Shown one piece after another: positions 11,128-23,813 of a DNA stretch of 64,000 nucleotides; the stretch's first letter is position 1; every line of letters begins with the position of its first letter. This stretch comes from Zygnema circumcarinatum SAG 698-1b (Eukaryota > Plantae > Zygnematophyceae), in contig CM074806.1 of NCBI GenBank assembly GCA_037447605.1, positions 1,302,001 through 1,366,000 on the forward strand, in the 5' to 3' direction. Made by a program: the position numbers and the translations under genes. The notes below the pieces were generated by a model. That model saw only the letters and a list, made by a program, of their open reading frames with translations. It had not been told where the DNA came from and searched no databases.

Positions 11128-14100
11128 TTAATCCTCCAAAGTGAAGATTTCAGAGCCCTTCGTTCCCCAAAACATGTCGTCAGGTTCTGCTTCCTGGAGT
11201 ATCGACACTGGAACATCTAATGCATCATCTTCATCATCCCCTTCCACCTCCTTCAGCCATTCCCGGACTCCCGGAGCTCGAACTTGCTCTTGGACTCCAG
11301 ACTTTCGACTTTCTTCATGCTGAATTTCACCCCCAGAATTTCCATACGAAGATTCAAGGCCAGTATGGTCAAGATCCCCTTCCTCTTGCTCCGCATATGA
11401 GAGGTGAATTTCGTCTTCTGATTCCAGTCTAATGCTGGTCAGAACAGCCAACCTCGTCGAACTTTGGCTTGCATCATTTTCTGATCTATTCAAACTCTCT
11501 CCTCTGCTTGGACCATGTCCTGTATCATCCTCATCACTCACATGGTCCAAAATGCTACTGAAATTGCTCCCTTCATGTGCTTCAGACATCGTGTCAGCCA
11601 CCCCTAGCATTTCCGCAGAGTTCTCTTTGCTCTCTGCATTGTCATCATCTACAAGCTGCCTGACAGGTAAAGTCAATGCCCCCAGTGGATCATCTATTAC
11701 GCCTCTCTGAGAAACACGTCCCGATGACGAAGGTGGTGAAGTCACAGATGGCATCTCCACTCGACTTGCCCAATCCTCAAAAGAGGAATCCCGCCGCTTA
11801 GCTTGTGATGTCTCCCTCTTCACATCGCTTCCAAGATCGAGGCTTCGAATACGGTGAATGGCACTGACGTTCTCACCTTCCTGTGCTACGCTTCTCAGCC
11901 CTGAAATTGAGTATCTTGCAGCTCTTCTTGCTCGACGTTCCTCCTCCATTGCTCCCCAGAACAGCCTGACGGCTGCGGTGGAGGATGCAACAGTTTCAAG
12001 GTCGGATAACTCTTGACTGCCAGATGTACTGGCTTCAGCCTCTTCCATTAAGCTTGTTCTTCTGTCTGCTGAGAGTAGATCAGGGGATGATATAGTTTTG
12101 GAAGTCCTGGCAATAGCTCGAGCATCCCTGAACTTCTCGTTCAGATTTCGCCTTTCTAGGGCGACCTCATCATCGTCATCTGAATTGTCATCGTCGTCCT
12201 CATCCGTATCCGCCGAGACCAGTCCTACACTTCTGTTTCTTTCAGGCCATCTCTCCTTTCCAGAAACTGGCACTTCATCAAAAGAGGGTCCTGAGCGCTC
12301 TGCACCAACATGGCGCAAGTGAAGTAGCAAATGCAGATTCACTTCATCTGCTCGTGAAAGGAAGGGGAAATCCCCTCCACTCTTAAGAAACGCCTTTCGA
12401 GCATTAGGGTACCGTATACACAAAGCATCCTTCAGTGCAGAGGGCACCGCTGCGTAGTCAAGCGAATCCATGATCGTAACTTTCGCATCGTCCAGTTGGA
12501 TATGACCAACTGAAGCTTCCTGAGTATTCAATACTAATCTAGATGCGAGCTCTGACTGCCCTAGCCTTTCCAGTCGTGCAACCACAAAATCGATGGCATC
12601 AGCGATAAGGGGTTCATGCGGGCCTTCACGAAGTCCCGAAAGAATTAGACGCTTTAGGACAAAGTCAGGGGTCCACGGAAACCTGCGAAAACACAACAGC
12701 AAGCAGAATGGTCAAGGAATGTCTGCCATTCTGATTATGTTCTGGACTTCAAACCAGCAAACTGCATGAGTTCGTACTGCTTCACATTCTTGACAGAAGG
12801 TCGACAGGCAAACAATTCCATACTTGTCCTTCACACAAACATATGGCCAGTAGTTCAGGACGACAAATAGCGACGAGTTTAAGCCAGTTCTCAAACTCTT
12901 GACAGGTAACTCTAAGTCTACGCATATGATTTACACTGCCCTCTGCGGGACTCAGCGCATGGTGTATAACGGAAGAGACCAGTACCTAATAATAGTTGCA
13001 GGCATTTTATGCTAAAACCCTTTGAACCCTAGAACTTCTGAAAGACTTCGCCATCAGAAAGATAGTATGCTCTGTAGTGATATCAGAGCAATGTAACTTC
13101 ATCTGTTTTGGATACTAGCTAAAACGAAAAACATTTCAAATGACTTCGACTACATTTGACACTATCCATTCCATACAAAGAACAAGGCCTGAGCGACGGG
13201 TCTACAGACAATTTGATAATTTAAGGCTCTATGATGACAAGAATGACGCATGGTGACAGATCTGAGCTTAAGCGATTTGAGAATCTTACACGGTGCTCCA
13301 CGGAGAGAAGGCAACATGAAAAGGACGAGTACCAAGAAAAGTGTTTGAGAGAATCAATGACAGGATTCGCCGTGGCCTATGTTGCGCATAAAGCTGGGCT
13401 AAAAACCCACCGAGAGAAGTGCCATACAAATGAATCTGGAGACATGCCACTCGAGGGAAAGCTCAGATACTGCTTACTCTCCATGAGGCGCTGCTTCCCT
13501 TCTTACACAGGGCAGTCAAACACCCAATGCTCCACATATCGAAAAAATGAATGCCTAAACATATCATTTGAATTCATCATATCCACAACTGTTGCACACA
13601 TTTGCAAGTCCAAAGGCAAGACGAAGGAAGCGCTTCCTGGCTCTCCAACTTTGGTAGGAAGGCTTACTTGGAACACTAGAGTCCCGAGCCTATCAACTGA
13701 TTAAATGCAGACCTAAGAAAAGGACTATGAAAATGACCCGCGCCAATGATTTTTTTTGCAGCAATGCATTCAAAACCAAAATTGAGGATCAAGGGCGAAA
13801 CCGTAATCAGCAAACTGTCCATAATGAAATACCCAGGCCTTTACGAATGATAAAGAATCCAATGCCCTATGTGGTACCTCATATATTTTAAGACTATCCA
13901 GGAATTGGTCGAAGGATGTTAGCCATTTCTGATGCGTCCAGACTGCAGGAGCGTCGACAGAGAGAACACGATAACCCTTTGCCGAGAGTGCAAGAATCGG
14001 TTTGTAGAAAACATCAGCAGTTGCAGCGACTCCGCCCAAGCAGACTAGAGGAGGAACAGTTTTGGGGCCATAATCAAAGAAGCGCCACCTGGAACAGCGT

Positions 14101-14717
14101 AAGCAAATTTTGTCAACGAACAAACCCAACAACTATAGGGTCGAGGATTTCAGAGTTTGAAAGTTAATTGTGATACACGAGCTAAATTCCCATCAGTCTC
14201 TGTAATGCGCAGACCAAGTACAACATGACATGTAAATGAAACTTAATCTAATGGTAATCCGAGGGCCACAAGGCATTAAGAGTGAACCAAGGGAGTCCGT
14301 GAGATCGCCAACATGCACATTGTATCAACAGGAACCTTTGCGTTTTCTGACTTTAAGGGACTTGAATGGCAAGATGTTGCGACCTTGGCACAAGCATGTA
14401 CTGCTACTGCCATCTCATTGACGCGAATGTGCACGTTAAGGAACTGATTGTTTTGAAAGATGAACGAGATGTCGGGTGATGCTGGACGCAGAATGTGACA
14501 TAGTTGCATCAAACAAAAATGGACTGTCACTCACGTTTAACGATTAAGACAAGCAGCTCATCAGCCAGGAAATACTTCGCAGCAAACGAGAATAAAGCCT
14601 CTCAAACGCGAAGGCCTCTCACCTTTGATCAACATCTCTACCACCAACAGAAATGTTCTGTTCTGGAACAGTCGCTTTAAAATATTTGTACTGATAATTC
14701 CCGTGATCCACCACCAT
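11128..14717 (-). CDS. SPG21: Maspardin (SPG21)-like alpha/beta-hydrolase-fold protein with a long acidic C-terminal extension
   Basis: Exons 14717-14623, 14078-13878, 13435-13290, 12682-11128 join in frame: YFKATVP...RWRFFDYGPKTVPPLVCLGGVAATADVFYK...IHLYGTSLGGFLAQLYAQHRPRR...FPWTPDFVLKR...YPNARKAFLKSGGDFPFLSRADEVNLHLLLHLR. Confidence 0.9.
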
Positions 14718-15167
14718 CACTGCCTGCTTCTATTCCTGCACAGCATTCGAGATGCTACTCATATCCTATCCCCTGATAGCGCTTTGCCTCTCCTCCCTGC
14801 ACGCACCGAAACGAGGTTCTGCTACAAATCTAGCATCCCGAGCATGCCGGGCAAGACACGCCTGACATACAAATGCAAACGTGTCTGCTTCCAGATATGG
14901 CGCCAGCGCAGAAAGAAAGGTCTTGCTTCAAAGGAGAGAAAATAGCGGTCTCCCTCTCCCTACTTTTGCGCACCGACAACTGCAATCTCCAGGCGCAGGA
15001 GCGTCTCGAAAGCGTCTTCAATGTGCTCAAAGCGTCCTTCCGTCAGAGTACCGCCGTCCCCAGGAGTCTGATACACGAAAAAGATCAGTTCCTGTTCCAC
15101 AGCCCTCGGAAATGTCTTCTCGTCCTCCTCCTTCCCGGGGCCAAGCCAAGAGAGGAGAGCTCCCGCC

Positions 15168-18100
15168 ATGGAAAGCTGTCCTGCACTCACAGTTCATGGC
15201 GGACAGGCATCTTGCGCTCTCCTGCATGCTAGAATTATTCCTGACCGCTGTCTTCCTTGCACCTTTACCTCTATTGGTCTTCCTAGTCGAGTGAATTCGT
15301 CAGAATGTTGGCAGCAGTCTTCCTCGAGGGCGGGCAGACACGAGGGTCGGAGGCTTCGTTGTGTGGTGGCTGGAAGTGGTGATAACCTAAATGCTGCTGG
15401 CAGCCATGGTGCAGAGAGCATGGCGCAGAGGCTGCGACAGCTGTTGGCAGGGCCCTCTCTCGTGCAAGGCCCTTGCTGTTATGATGCTCTCAGCGCTCGT
15501 CTTGTTGAAATGGCCGGATTTCCTCTAACGGTCATGAGCGGTGCGGAATTCGGCCTATTGAAGCAAAGCTCAGGGGGTGTGATTTGGCTGTTTGGTTGGT
15601 TGTTTCAATGGGCACGGGAAACTTGAACTGGAGTACATTCACTAGGGTGGTTGCATATTCGTTAACCACTGTCGGTCTCTGATTTTTCTTTAAAAAAGCC
15701 TGAAATCCTGTTACTTGAACCAGGAGTAATTACCTTAACGGCAATCTATTTGACACTCATTTTGAGCCAAGTTCGCTCATTGAAAATCCCCATCATTGCA
15801 ACCTCGCATTCTTCGTCGACTTTGGGCTATTCTTATAATCGTTAATGTTTTTGTATGTAAACTTGCTGCAATATTGCATATCCCAACTAACGGCCTGAAG
15901 TCTCAACACGTCCACATGTCTGTGTGCATCTTTTTTTTTTTTCGGTTAAATTTTTAAACCCCTTACGCTTTTGGGATCATCAAGTCCAGCTTCCGCATGA
16001 TGGAATTTCACATCCAATTTCCTTGGGACCTTTGGTGTCCTCTATACTTTGGCTTGCTCTCATAACATACTCTTATCAACTCCTTGCTTTCGTAAGCGCT
16101 CGACTCCTCTCGTTAGCACCCACAGCAACATTGCCCTCATTACAGCTATTTGGTCCTGGCTGCAGGCTTCTCTGTTTCTGCCTCTCGGCTAGGCCTGCCT
16201 GATGCCGGCCTCCTCTCGTACGGAGAAATGGTCGACCAGGCTGGCCTCATCGTCTCTGCAATCGGCATTCCCCTTATTGCAGATGCAGATACGGGATACG
16301 GCAATGCTGTTAATGTAAAACGAACTGTGAATGGTTATCGGCAATCTGGTGTCGGCGCAATCATTTTGGAGGATCAGGTGGAGAGTCTACACTTTCTGAC
16401 CTGCTTCTGGATGCAGTAGCTGCTTTTGGCACTCGTCTGATATATATGAAAGGTTAGTGATGCATCAGGAGCAGTGTTGGTCTCTACTTAATTAACACGT
16501 TGAGTGCAACCGTTTCCATCGAGGCGTATCTCAACGATTATTTGTCACTGCATTTAGAGTAACATCGGTCTTGGCGTTGCAGGTTTGGCCCAAGGCATGT
16601 GGTCATACAAGCGGCCGAAAAGTGGTGGGACGTGACGAAGCTGTCATGCGCATTCGTGCTGCTGTGGATGCACGAAATGAGGGACCGGGCGATATCCTCG
16701 TTGTAGGGAGGTATGGACAATGACGAGACTCAGCCTTACGAGAAAAAAACCCCAATCCCGAATGAATGGAAGCATTCGGACAAAGCGTAGCGCCTCCGGG
16801 CCATGCTTTAGTCTAAAAGCCTCTCCTTCTTGTTCGTCATTCAGTACTGTTTATCCTATTTCTTCCTCTTTCCTCAGCAACTTGACGTTGGCACACTGAT
16901 TGGACCTTGAGTATTCTAGAATGGCGAAATGCCAGTATCAATGCTTTTCCAGTCAAAACTTGAGAAAAGTTTATCCTCCACTTGCGCACTTTTTAGGCTT
17001 TCAGTAATTCCACCTTTGCAAACGCTCACTTGGACCCTCAAATCATGCACTACCTGAAGTTTACCCATCGTACCCATCTTTAGAATGCGACGCAGCATGT
17101 GTTTACTTCAGACAAGCGAAGGACTGAATTTTGGCTTTCGAGCTGTTTGTTTCTGGGGATAACCTTTGGGGTTTTCTCATGAATTCAAGACGGTGCCATT
17201 CAAAGTTACGAGCATGAACTGCATGCATAAATGGCCAACAGCCTGCATAGCGCTGCGATGTGGCAGACATGGTTCAATTGCCTTCAGAATGAAGCTCGTT
17301 GACTCCCGCCCTAGGCCAGGCCCCTAGTCATGGTCAAGATGTTTTAGGGTACCTAACCCAAGTTTCCCTTTGGAGGATTTTCGTGCCCGCCTCGTTAACC
17401 GCCGGCTGAGAGTGTGTGAGCCATCGCAGATCAGATGCGTGCCAGGCCCTGTCTAGGGAGGAAGCTATTTGGCGAGCTCAAGCATTTGCCGATGCGGGCG
17501 CGGACATGGTCTTTGTGGACGCCCTCGCATCGACTGACGACATGAAGGCCTTGTGCCGAGCATTGCCTCACGTCCCAAAAATGGTATCAGCGCATGCAGG
17601 GGGCCTTTGGCATGGGGATGTAGCTAATTGTTATGCAAAGGGAGGATTTTTTTCTACTTCTTGGGATGTGGAACCCTTAACAACTTCTTGCAGAGTCTTG
17701 TATTCGCGGTCTTTAGTAACAAAGTCGCTTGCTAGGGAATGACTTAACTCTGCTCGGGCTGCTTCAGAGTTGCCCAAGAGTTCAATTCAGGAGGGCGGCT
17801 CTTATAGGAAGTGAGGCTTTCAGCTCCGACTGCTTCAAGCAGCTTTGGGTGTGCTGCTTCCTTCATGTCAGTGTCTTATTCTTCTCACTGCTGCCCATGT
17901 CCATGTTCGGCATGACCGGCTCTCAGGTGAACATACTCGAGGGTGGTAAAACGCCTGTGCTCTCACCTTTGGAGCTTGAGGACTTAGGTTTCAAGCTGGC
18001 ACTCTACCCTCTTTCCCTTTTGGGCGTATCAATTAAGGCCATGCAGGTGATAAACGACCATATGCTTTTGCAGCCATTTCCCTTTTGTTTTAGTCGTTGG

Positions 18101-19707
18101 TTTATCTCAAAAAGTCTTTTCTTTTGCAATTTCAATTCTATCTGGTTGGAGCTTCCAATTTCAAAAGTCGTCTAGCATAATCTTTTTTTGCTTTAATTTC
18201 ATGACACATGTCTCGGAAGCCTCATTATGCATCCCACTCTAACCTCCCCTTTATGTCAATACAGGAAGCCCTCAGAGCGCTCAAGAGTGGACGGCTTCCT
18301 CCCTCTTCTATTCTTCCCACCTTTGAAGAAGTGAAAACAGTCGTGGGCTTCCCCCAGTACTACGCAGAGGAGCAGCGTTATGCTTCATCTTCATCAATCG
18401 CTCCTTCTGCAAGTCCACCTGCTCTTGAACCTGTGGATAACCAGGTGGCAGAGGAAGAGGAAGAGGCTGATGGGGAGGTGTGTATGGGAGACTTTGAGTG
18501 TGACGATGAGCAAACCCCTGAAGTGAAGGCTTGGGCGGCGGCAGCGTCCTCGGGCTCTGGCAGAGTGCCCGGAGCTGCAGCCTTTACTTCTCCAGAAAGT
18601 GCCGCATTGCGAGAGGAGGGTTTTGGAAATGGTGCACACACTCAGGGAGACACCTTGGGTTCAAAAGCAGAGACTGCTGTTGTGCAAAGAGGAGGAGCTC
18701 AAACAAGAGAAGGGACGAGAGGAAGGACAGAAGTTGTGGAGGCGGATGAAATCTTGCAGGATGGCGGAGGAAGCTACAGCAGTGGTAGAACGCGGAGTGG
18801 CAGCTTCGGCACTGCGGAGGGGCTGTGGTCCAGAGTCCTTCGCGTGAGAATAACGGACCGGATGGACAATGTGAAGCTTGACGTGCGCGTGCCTGTGAGT
18901 GCCACGCATGCTCCTTCCAGCCGGAAGCTGCATCACCTTTTCTTATGTCGAGCCTCTGTTGTATAGTTGGAGGGAAAAGTGGGCAATGCTGAAGGCAGAC
19001 TGTCGTGTTGTTCAGTGGATGTTGGTCTTTATTTGTGGGAACTGGCCTGGTTTACCTTTACCTCTCATGAGCGTCCATTTACAATCTCCGTTGTAGGGTG
19101 TTGCATAGCAGGAGGAAAGCATGGAGGATGACTTGTCTAGACTGCATCGAATGTTTTCACTCCTAGCTGTTGGGCACGTGCTAACAATGCGTGTTAGTGT
19201 TGTTGTCTGGTGGCTGACTGACATTTTTCAGGCAGGATTCTTGGACGGGCTGGCCTCCACTATTCCTGGTGAGTTACTTATCCCCCTTACATCCCAAATT
19301 GGCTCGCATTTAGTGTTTCTTTGAGGATGAACAGTCGGGGTCTTCCTAATTTTGGCATGTTTCTTTCCTCATAAAACTAGATTCGTCTTTTTTTCTTGTA
19401 TTGATTCGACTATATACCTTTGTTCTACTTGTTTTTTAAGCCTAGTACGAACGAAAACTTATTAGACGTTGGTATATATGGCAATTGCTGATTTTCCTTC
19501 CCTCCCTCTCCCTTTACATGAATGCCTTCACATGGAATTGCAAACTTCCTCAGCATGCATCCTTGTGCAATGCACTTGGCTCTGCTGTATCTATTTCTAG
19601 ATGTCGCAAAGGAGGACACTAACAGAATATCACTTTGTGGAGGTCGTCGAACGGAATCTAATGGCCTTAGGAGAACTAAAAACTGTCTAGTTAAAGGCTT
19701 GCGGTGA
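15168..19707 (+). CDS. Isocitrate lyase/PEP mutase superfamily enzyme (plant carboxyphosphonate phosphorylmutase / 2,3-dimethylmalate lyase-like), probable plastid transit peptide
   Basis: Exons about 15168-15540, 16165-16377, 16582-16710, 17430-17583, 17927-18046, 18265-18894, 19232-19268, 19601-19707. Motifs PCCYDALSARLVE, ADADTGYGNAVNVKRTV, ILEDQ, PKACGH, DALAS, NILEGGKTP. Start codon and last exon are less certain. Confidence 0.88.
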
Positions 19708-19897
19708 AAGTAGCCAGTTTGACGATAAGAAACTGGACTATGAAATGCGAAATGCAAGCGTGGCTCTTTGATCTCTGTAAGAGATGACGGCAAAGAAAAC
19801 TATCCAGTGACTGCGACAGCTGATTGTTCAGCTTTAAAATGGATACTCTTCAGCTAAACCAAACGATTGGCAGGAGGAAATTGAAGATGATGAATAG

Positions 19898-22800
19898 TTA
19901 TGCAAGGGTTGTTGAACTGAGGCAGTGGAGACGGGCAAGTTGTGGAAAAAGGTTGATGAGGAGGAACCTGAAAGTTGAATTTGGAGATGGGTGATTTCTG
20001 CAAGTCTTGACACATTCCGTGCCTTGCGCTTTGACTTTGACTTGGTGTGCAGCGGTGGCTGGGCTTGACTTCAAGGCCCTTTTGGGAGACAAGATTCGCG
20101 AGAATGCTACGGCTGAAACCTCGCCGCTCTTGGACTTCACAACAAGGGATGGGAGTGGAGACAGGGTGCAGATCTTCTTGGAGTGAGTGAACACAGATTT
20201 GAGCTTCAAGGTTCCTCCTCCGCGGGAACCCTGCTATGCCTATACGGCATTGAGCAGCTTGAAAATGGACCGTAGGGGATTCACCTGACTCAGATCTGGG
20301 AATGGAGGAAGGTGTGGAGGTGGTTATCTGTGGGCCGGGACTGTCCAGAGCAATACACTGTCTAAAAAATGCAGTCTATAGTCAAGAGTAGGTCGTATGC
20401 TGCTCCTGGTTCAGGAGTTTTTGTTGTCCTTGTATTCATTCAATGTATATTCGGGCTGGTGATTAGTATCTCATCTTGCAAGGCGCTGTCTTATGTATGA
20501 AGTGAACCAGCAAAGTTTGCTGCAGTTGAACCAGGGAAGCAAGTTATCAAGGCCCACGATTCGCAGGAGAACGGTAAAGAAGCGACTCAGGATTCAAACG
20601 GTGCGAGCACACAAACTGTCACAATACAAGTACAATCATGAACAGAACACACTTCCATGTGTACAGGCAGGCTGTGCACACTGTCCTGTTCAAGAACCAT
20701 GGTACAACGACCTACTGTTCCTAGCAAAGATAATCCTACAGCCGAATTTGGAACCCTGTACCTACCCTGTACTGAGTGTAATTATTAGAAAGGATTTCCA
20801 AAAACTCAGACAAACGCCTGCCTAGCTATTGCTGCCTAAACCTTGGCTCTGCTACATACTGCTTGGTGATGCGCCGAACGTACCAAGCCAAGCATTGTTA
20901 TAAAAGTACATTTAAAAATTGAGATGCGTCAGGTCACTTCGAGCAGGAGCGCTGTTGGCCTTCGAAGGGAGGAACGTCGTGATGAAAGCGGTGAAGTGAA
21001 ACCAGTGTGTGACTGTGAACACATTTGCAGACTTTGTAATCCCTTCCCAGAACTGCCTGAGTTATATTCCAGTGTGCCCCAAATCACCCGCGACTGACAA
21101 AATGCGTCCAGGTGTCTTTCCTCGCTGTCTGACCAGCAGACAACATTTCATGCCAATCTTACTCTCTTACTTCCAATCTTCCTCATAAATCGGCAACCCT
21201 TTCAGTCGCCTGCTCGTTTTCCATCACTTTCTCTATTTTGTTCCATCCCCGATGGAAGAGTCGATAAGTATTGTTCCCTTTTGCCTACCTTGTCCTTTGG
21301 TTCCACTCAGCGGCTCATTTGTTCGAAGCATCCTGCCTTCCTGCGCTGTTCCATCCTCGTCTTCCTCATCATCTTTCTCTTCCCCCTCATCGATTGTCGC
21401 ACTTCCGTCGTCCTCCTGTCCTCCCCCCCAGCCGCCTGCTCCAAAAAAGTCATCGCCTTCCCATTCCCCCTCCTGTTTACTCCGTAGCCTCAGCTTTTCC
21501 TTCTCCTGTACACCGAGAGCCTCGCCTTCCCACTCTCCCTCATGGCTTCTGCTATCCCAATCGCTTCTCATCCCCTTGAGGTCATGAATATCCGGGCCGA
21601 GAATGAGGCCTATCTTTCCCACCCATGACATCCTTCCTCGAGTCTTACTACTCCTCAGCCCAGTCAAGCTGCTGTACAGCAACTTCCTTCCACTCCAGCT
21701 CTCTGGCTTCTCGCCCACTTCACCTGGCCTAGCAATGCTGGATTCATCCAAGTCCCTCCTCCCTCCCTTTCCTCTATTCTGTTGATCATATCCGCCTCGT
21801 TCTATTCTCCCACGCCATCTGATTCTCCTATGGCTCCAGTTCTCTTCCCTCTGGTTCGGTGCCACCTGCAGGCCCTCAGTTGCAGTGCCGTCCTGAGCCT
21901 TCACTTGTTGCAGTGTCGCTGTCCTCGCAGGCTCACCTGCACTTTCCGAGCTCCTGCAGCAGCCACCCAAACCACGGTGAGAGCCACTCGTACTGAGTGC
22001 AGCAGCCTATCGCAGTGCTGCAGAAGTGTCCTCGTCCAAGCTCGACATCTGCTAGAACCTCTATTCGTCCTCGTGACTAGCCAGCCCTAGGTGAGACCAG
22101 TACATGTGGAAGACGTTGAACAATCCATTAGATTCAGAGCATAGCAGAAATCTAAATCTGAAAGAACAGCACTGGTCACTGGTGGCAGCTATCATAGACG
22201 ACTATCCTCCGCACGATTATCCTCAATGCAAACCAGTATTGTTAGTACTACTTGCTTTAGGACTGCACTATTGACTCCCTACGACTTCTTTCCCACTTCT
22301 CATAAAAGTGATCAAGAAGACGCCTCAATTAGGGTCGTCCGGATGCTCAACATATCTCGTGAGTACAAACACGCTGCTAACTCCCTAACAACAACTGAAT
22401 CCCAGCTTCTCCAGTGGCACTACAGCCTTGACACTTTTGTCCACCGCAACGCTGTCAGAACTCTAGAAACACTACAGAGAAAAGATAGTTGATTGAACAA
22501 AGGAAAATCTGCTTCGTCCGAGCAATGGCAGCAGCCAGTCGCATTACTGTTAGCTGACACTTTAAGCTTGTGAAAGAAAAGAAAACCACCCTATGACCTG
22601 CGAAACAACAACTCCAGGGCATAACTTGGGTAATGCAGGCTGCCAGAAAGTCTCTCATTAAAACCCTTTCAATGTATCTTCCTCACGTTGTAAAACATTC
22701 GTACAGTCGGCGCTAGACTTATTGCGGACTTCCAACCAAACTTGAAGACTTCACTTGAAAGAAGAATCCGAAGTGGAGGAACAGTATAATTCTCTAACGA

Positions 22801-23174
22801 TTCGTCGCCGCTCATACGGCTAGATGAATGCAATGAAGAGCAGGTTAGGTGCGAGATTATACCCTCCAACAGCGGTAGAGGTAGCCTGTGTTGTCGTGGT
22901 AAGGAGGAGGTAAACCGCGAGACGCCAAAATGTTGCCATCCAGAGAGACATCGGTTATATATGGCGCGTGGTACACTGCCAGGCTTCAGAAAGCTTCGGT
23001 TCCTCCTCTTGTCTCACCTCCCCACAATGCAAAGCTTTACCTGAAATCTGCGAAACCAAAAGCCGGACCTTTTCTACCCCCCTACCTGTGCCCCAAGCCC
23101 TTGATGAGATCGCGAGAGAGTGTCCCAAGCAGTTCCCTGCGCTGCTCCCCGCAATGCAACTGAACGGCGCCCAT
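19898..23174 (-). CDS. Multi-exon gene of unknown function (tentative model)
   Basis: Exon 1 23174-23086 (MGAVQLHCG...) splices in phase to exon 2 22975-22687 (...VPPLRILLSSEVFKFGWKSAISLAPTVRMFYN, donor GTGAGG). A long acidic/G-rich open frame runs from about 22006 to a donor near 21285, and a possible last exon lies at 20209-19898. Intervening exons are unresolved and no family was recognised. Confidence 0.45.
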
Positions 23175-23299
23175 CCTGCCAGCGCGGCTGCAAGAGGGCG
23201 GAGGAGGCGCAGGCCCTCCCACTCCCTCCCTCCCCTTTCCCTCTCCCTCTCCCTCCCCTCTTGGAGGCACCCTTTCCTCCCCCCGCCCTCACCCTAAAG

Positions 23300-23645
23300 T
23301 ACATTGTACGGCCCCATACGGCTCCGTACGGCGACGGCCAAAGCGGACCGCCCCGCGCGGCCGCATTCGCCGCGCGTCGCGTCAACTCGGCGTACGGAGG
23401 TTCAAACGCGCCGGCCGGCATCGCAACGCGACAAGAGGGCCTATCCGCGGCCACGTGGCAGCGCGTGCGGCAGTGTGGGTGTGTCGGCGCAGGTCAACCC
23501 GAGTCGGTTCATCCTCCGTACGGTACGGCCGATGGTCCTGGCGGGGCCGGGCGGTTGACGCGTTTGTACGGTTGGCGGCAGCCGACGGACGGTCCGGTCA
23601 ATGCCGGGGGTAGCCGTTGGGGGAGGGAGGGCCACTGTACGGACT
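23300..23645. promoter_or_regulatory. Cluster of 7 CCGTAC/GTACGG sites in a divergent promoter
   Basis: Sites at 23306, 23324 (palindrome CCGTACGG), 23392, 23516 (palindrome), 23523, 23566 and 23637, plus GCCACGTGGC at 23450. GTAC is the known SBP-domain (SPL/CRR1) core; function here is inferred. Confidence 0.6.
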
Positions 23646-23813
23646 ATACGAATTCATAGATCTGTACTTTTGTACAGTTTAGCGTGACACATGATGAGGA
23701 TCGTTTAGATTACTGTATTGCCTGAACAGGAACTAAACTGGGATTTTTGAGCTGGCACATGTGCACTGGAATGCAGGAGGGAGGGAGTGACGTAGGGAAG
23801 TGGGAGGCCAGCC

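Noticed and set aside
14433-14443. U12 branch-site match TTCCTTAAC in maspardin intron 1
   Set aside because: It is about 350 nt from the acceptor and has no U12 donor; likely chance.
22750-22975. Alternative reading YHAPYITDVSLDGNILASRGLPPPY...PYERRRIVRELYC for the unknown gene
   Set aside because: It needs a 43-nt intron, far shorter than the others here, and has no in-frame ATG. The other frame is open to a strong donor.
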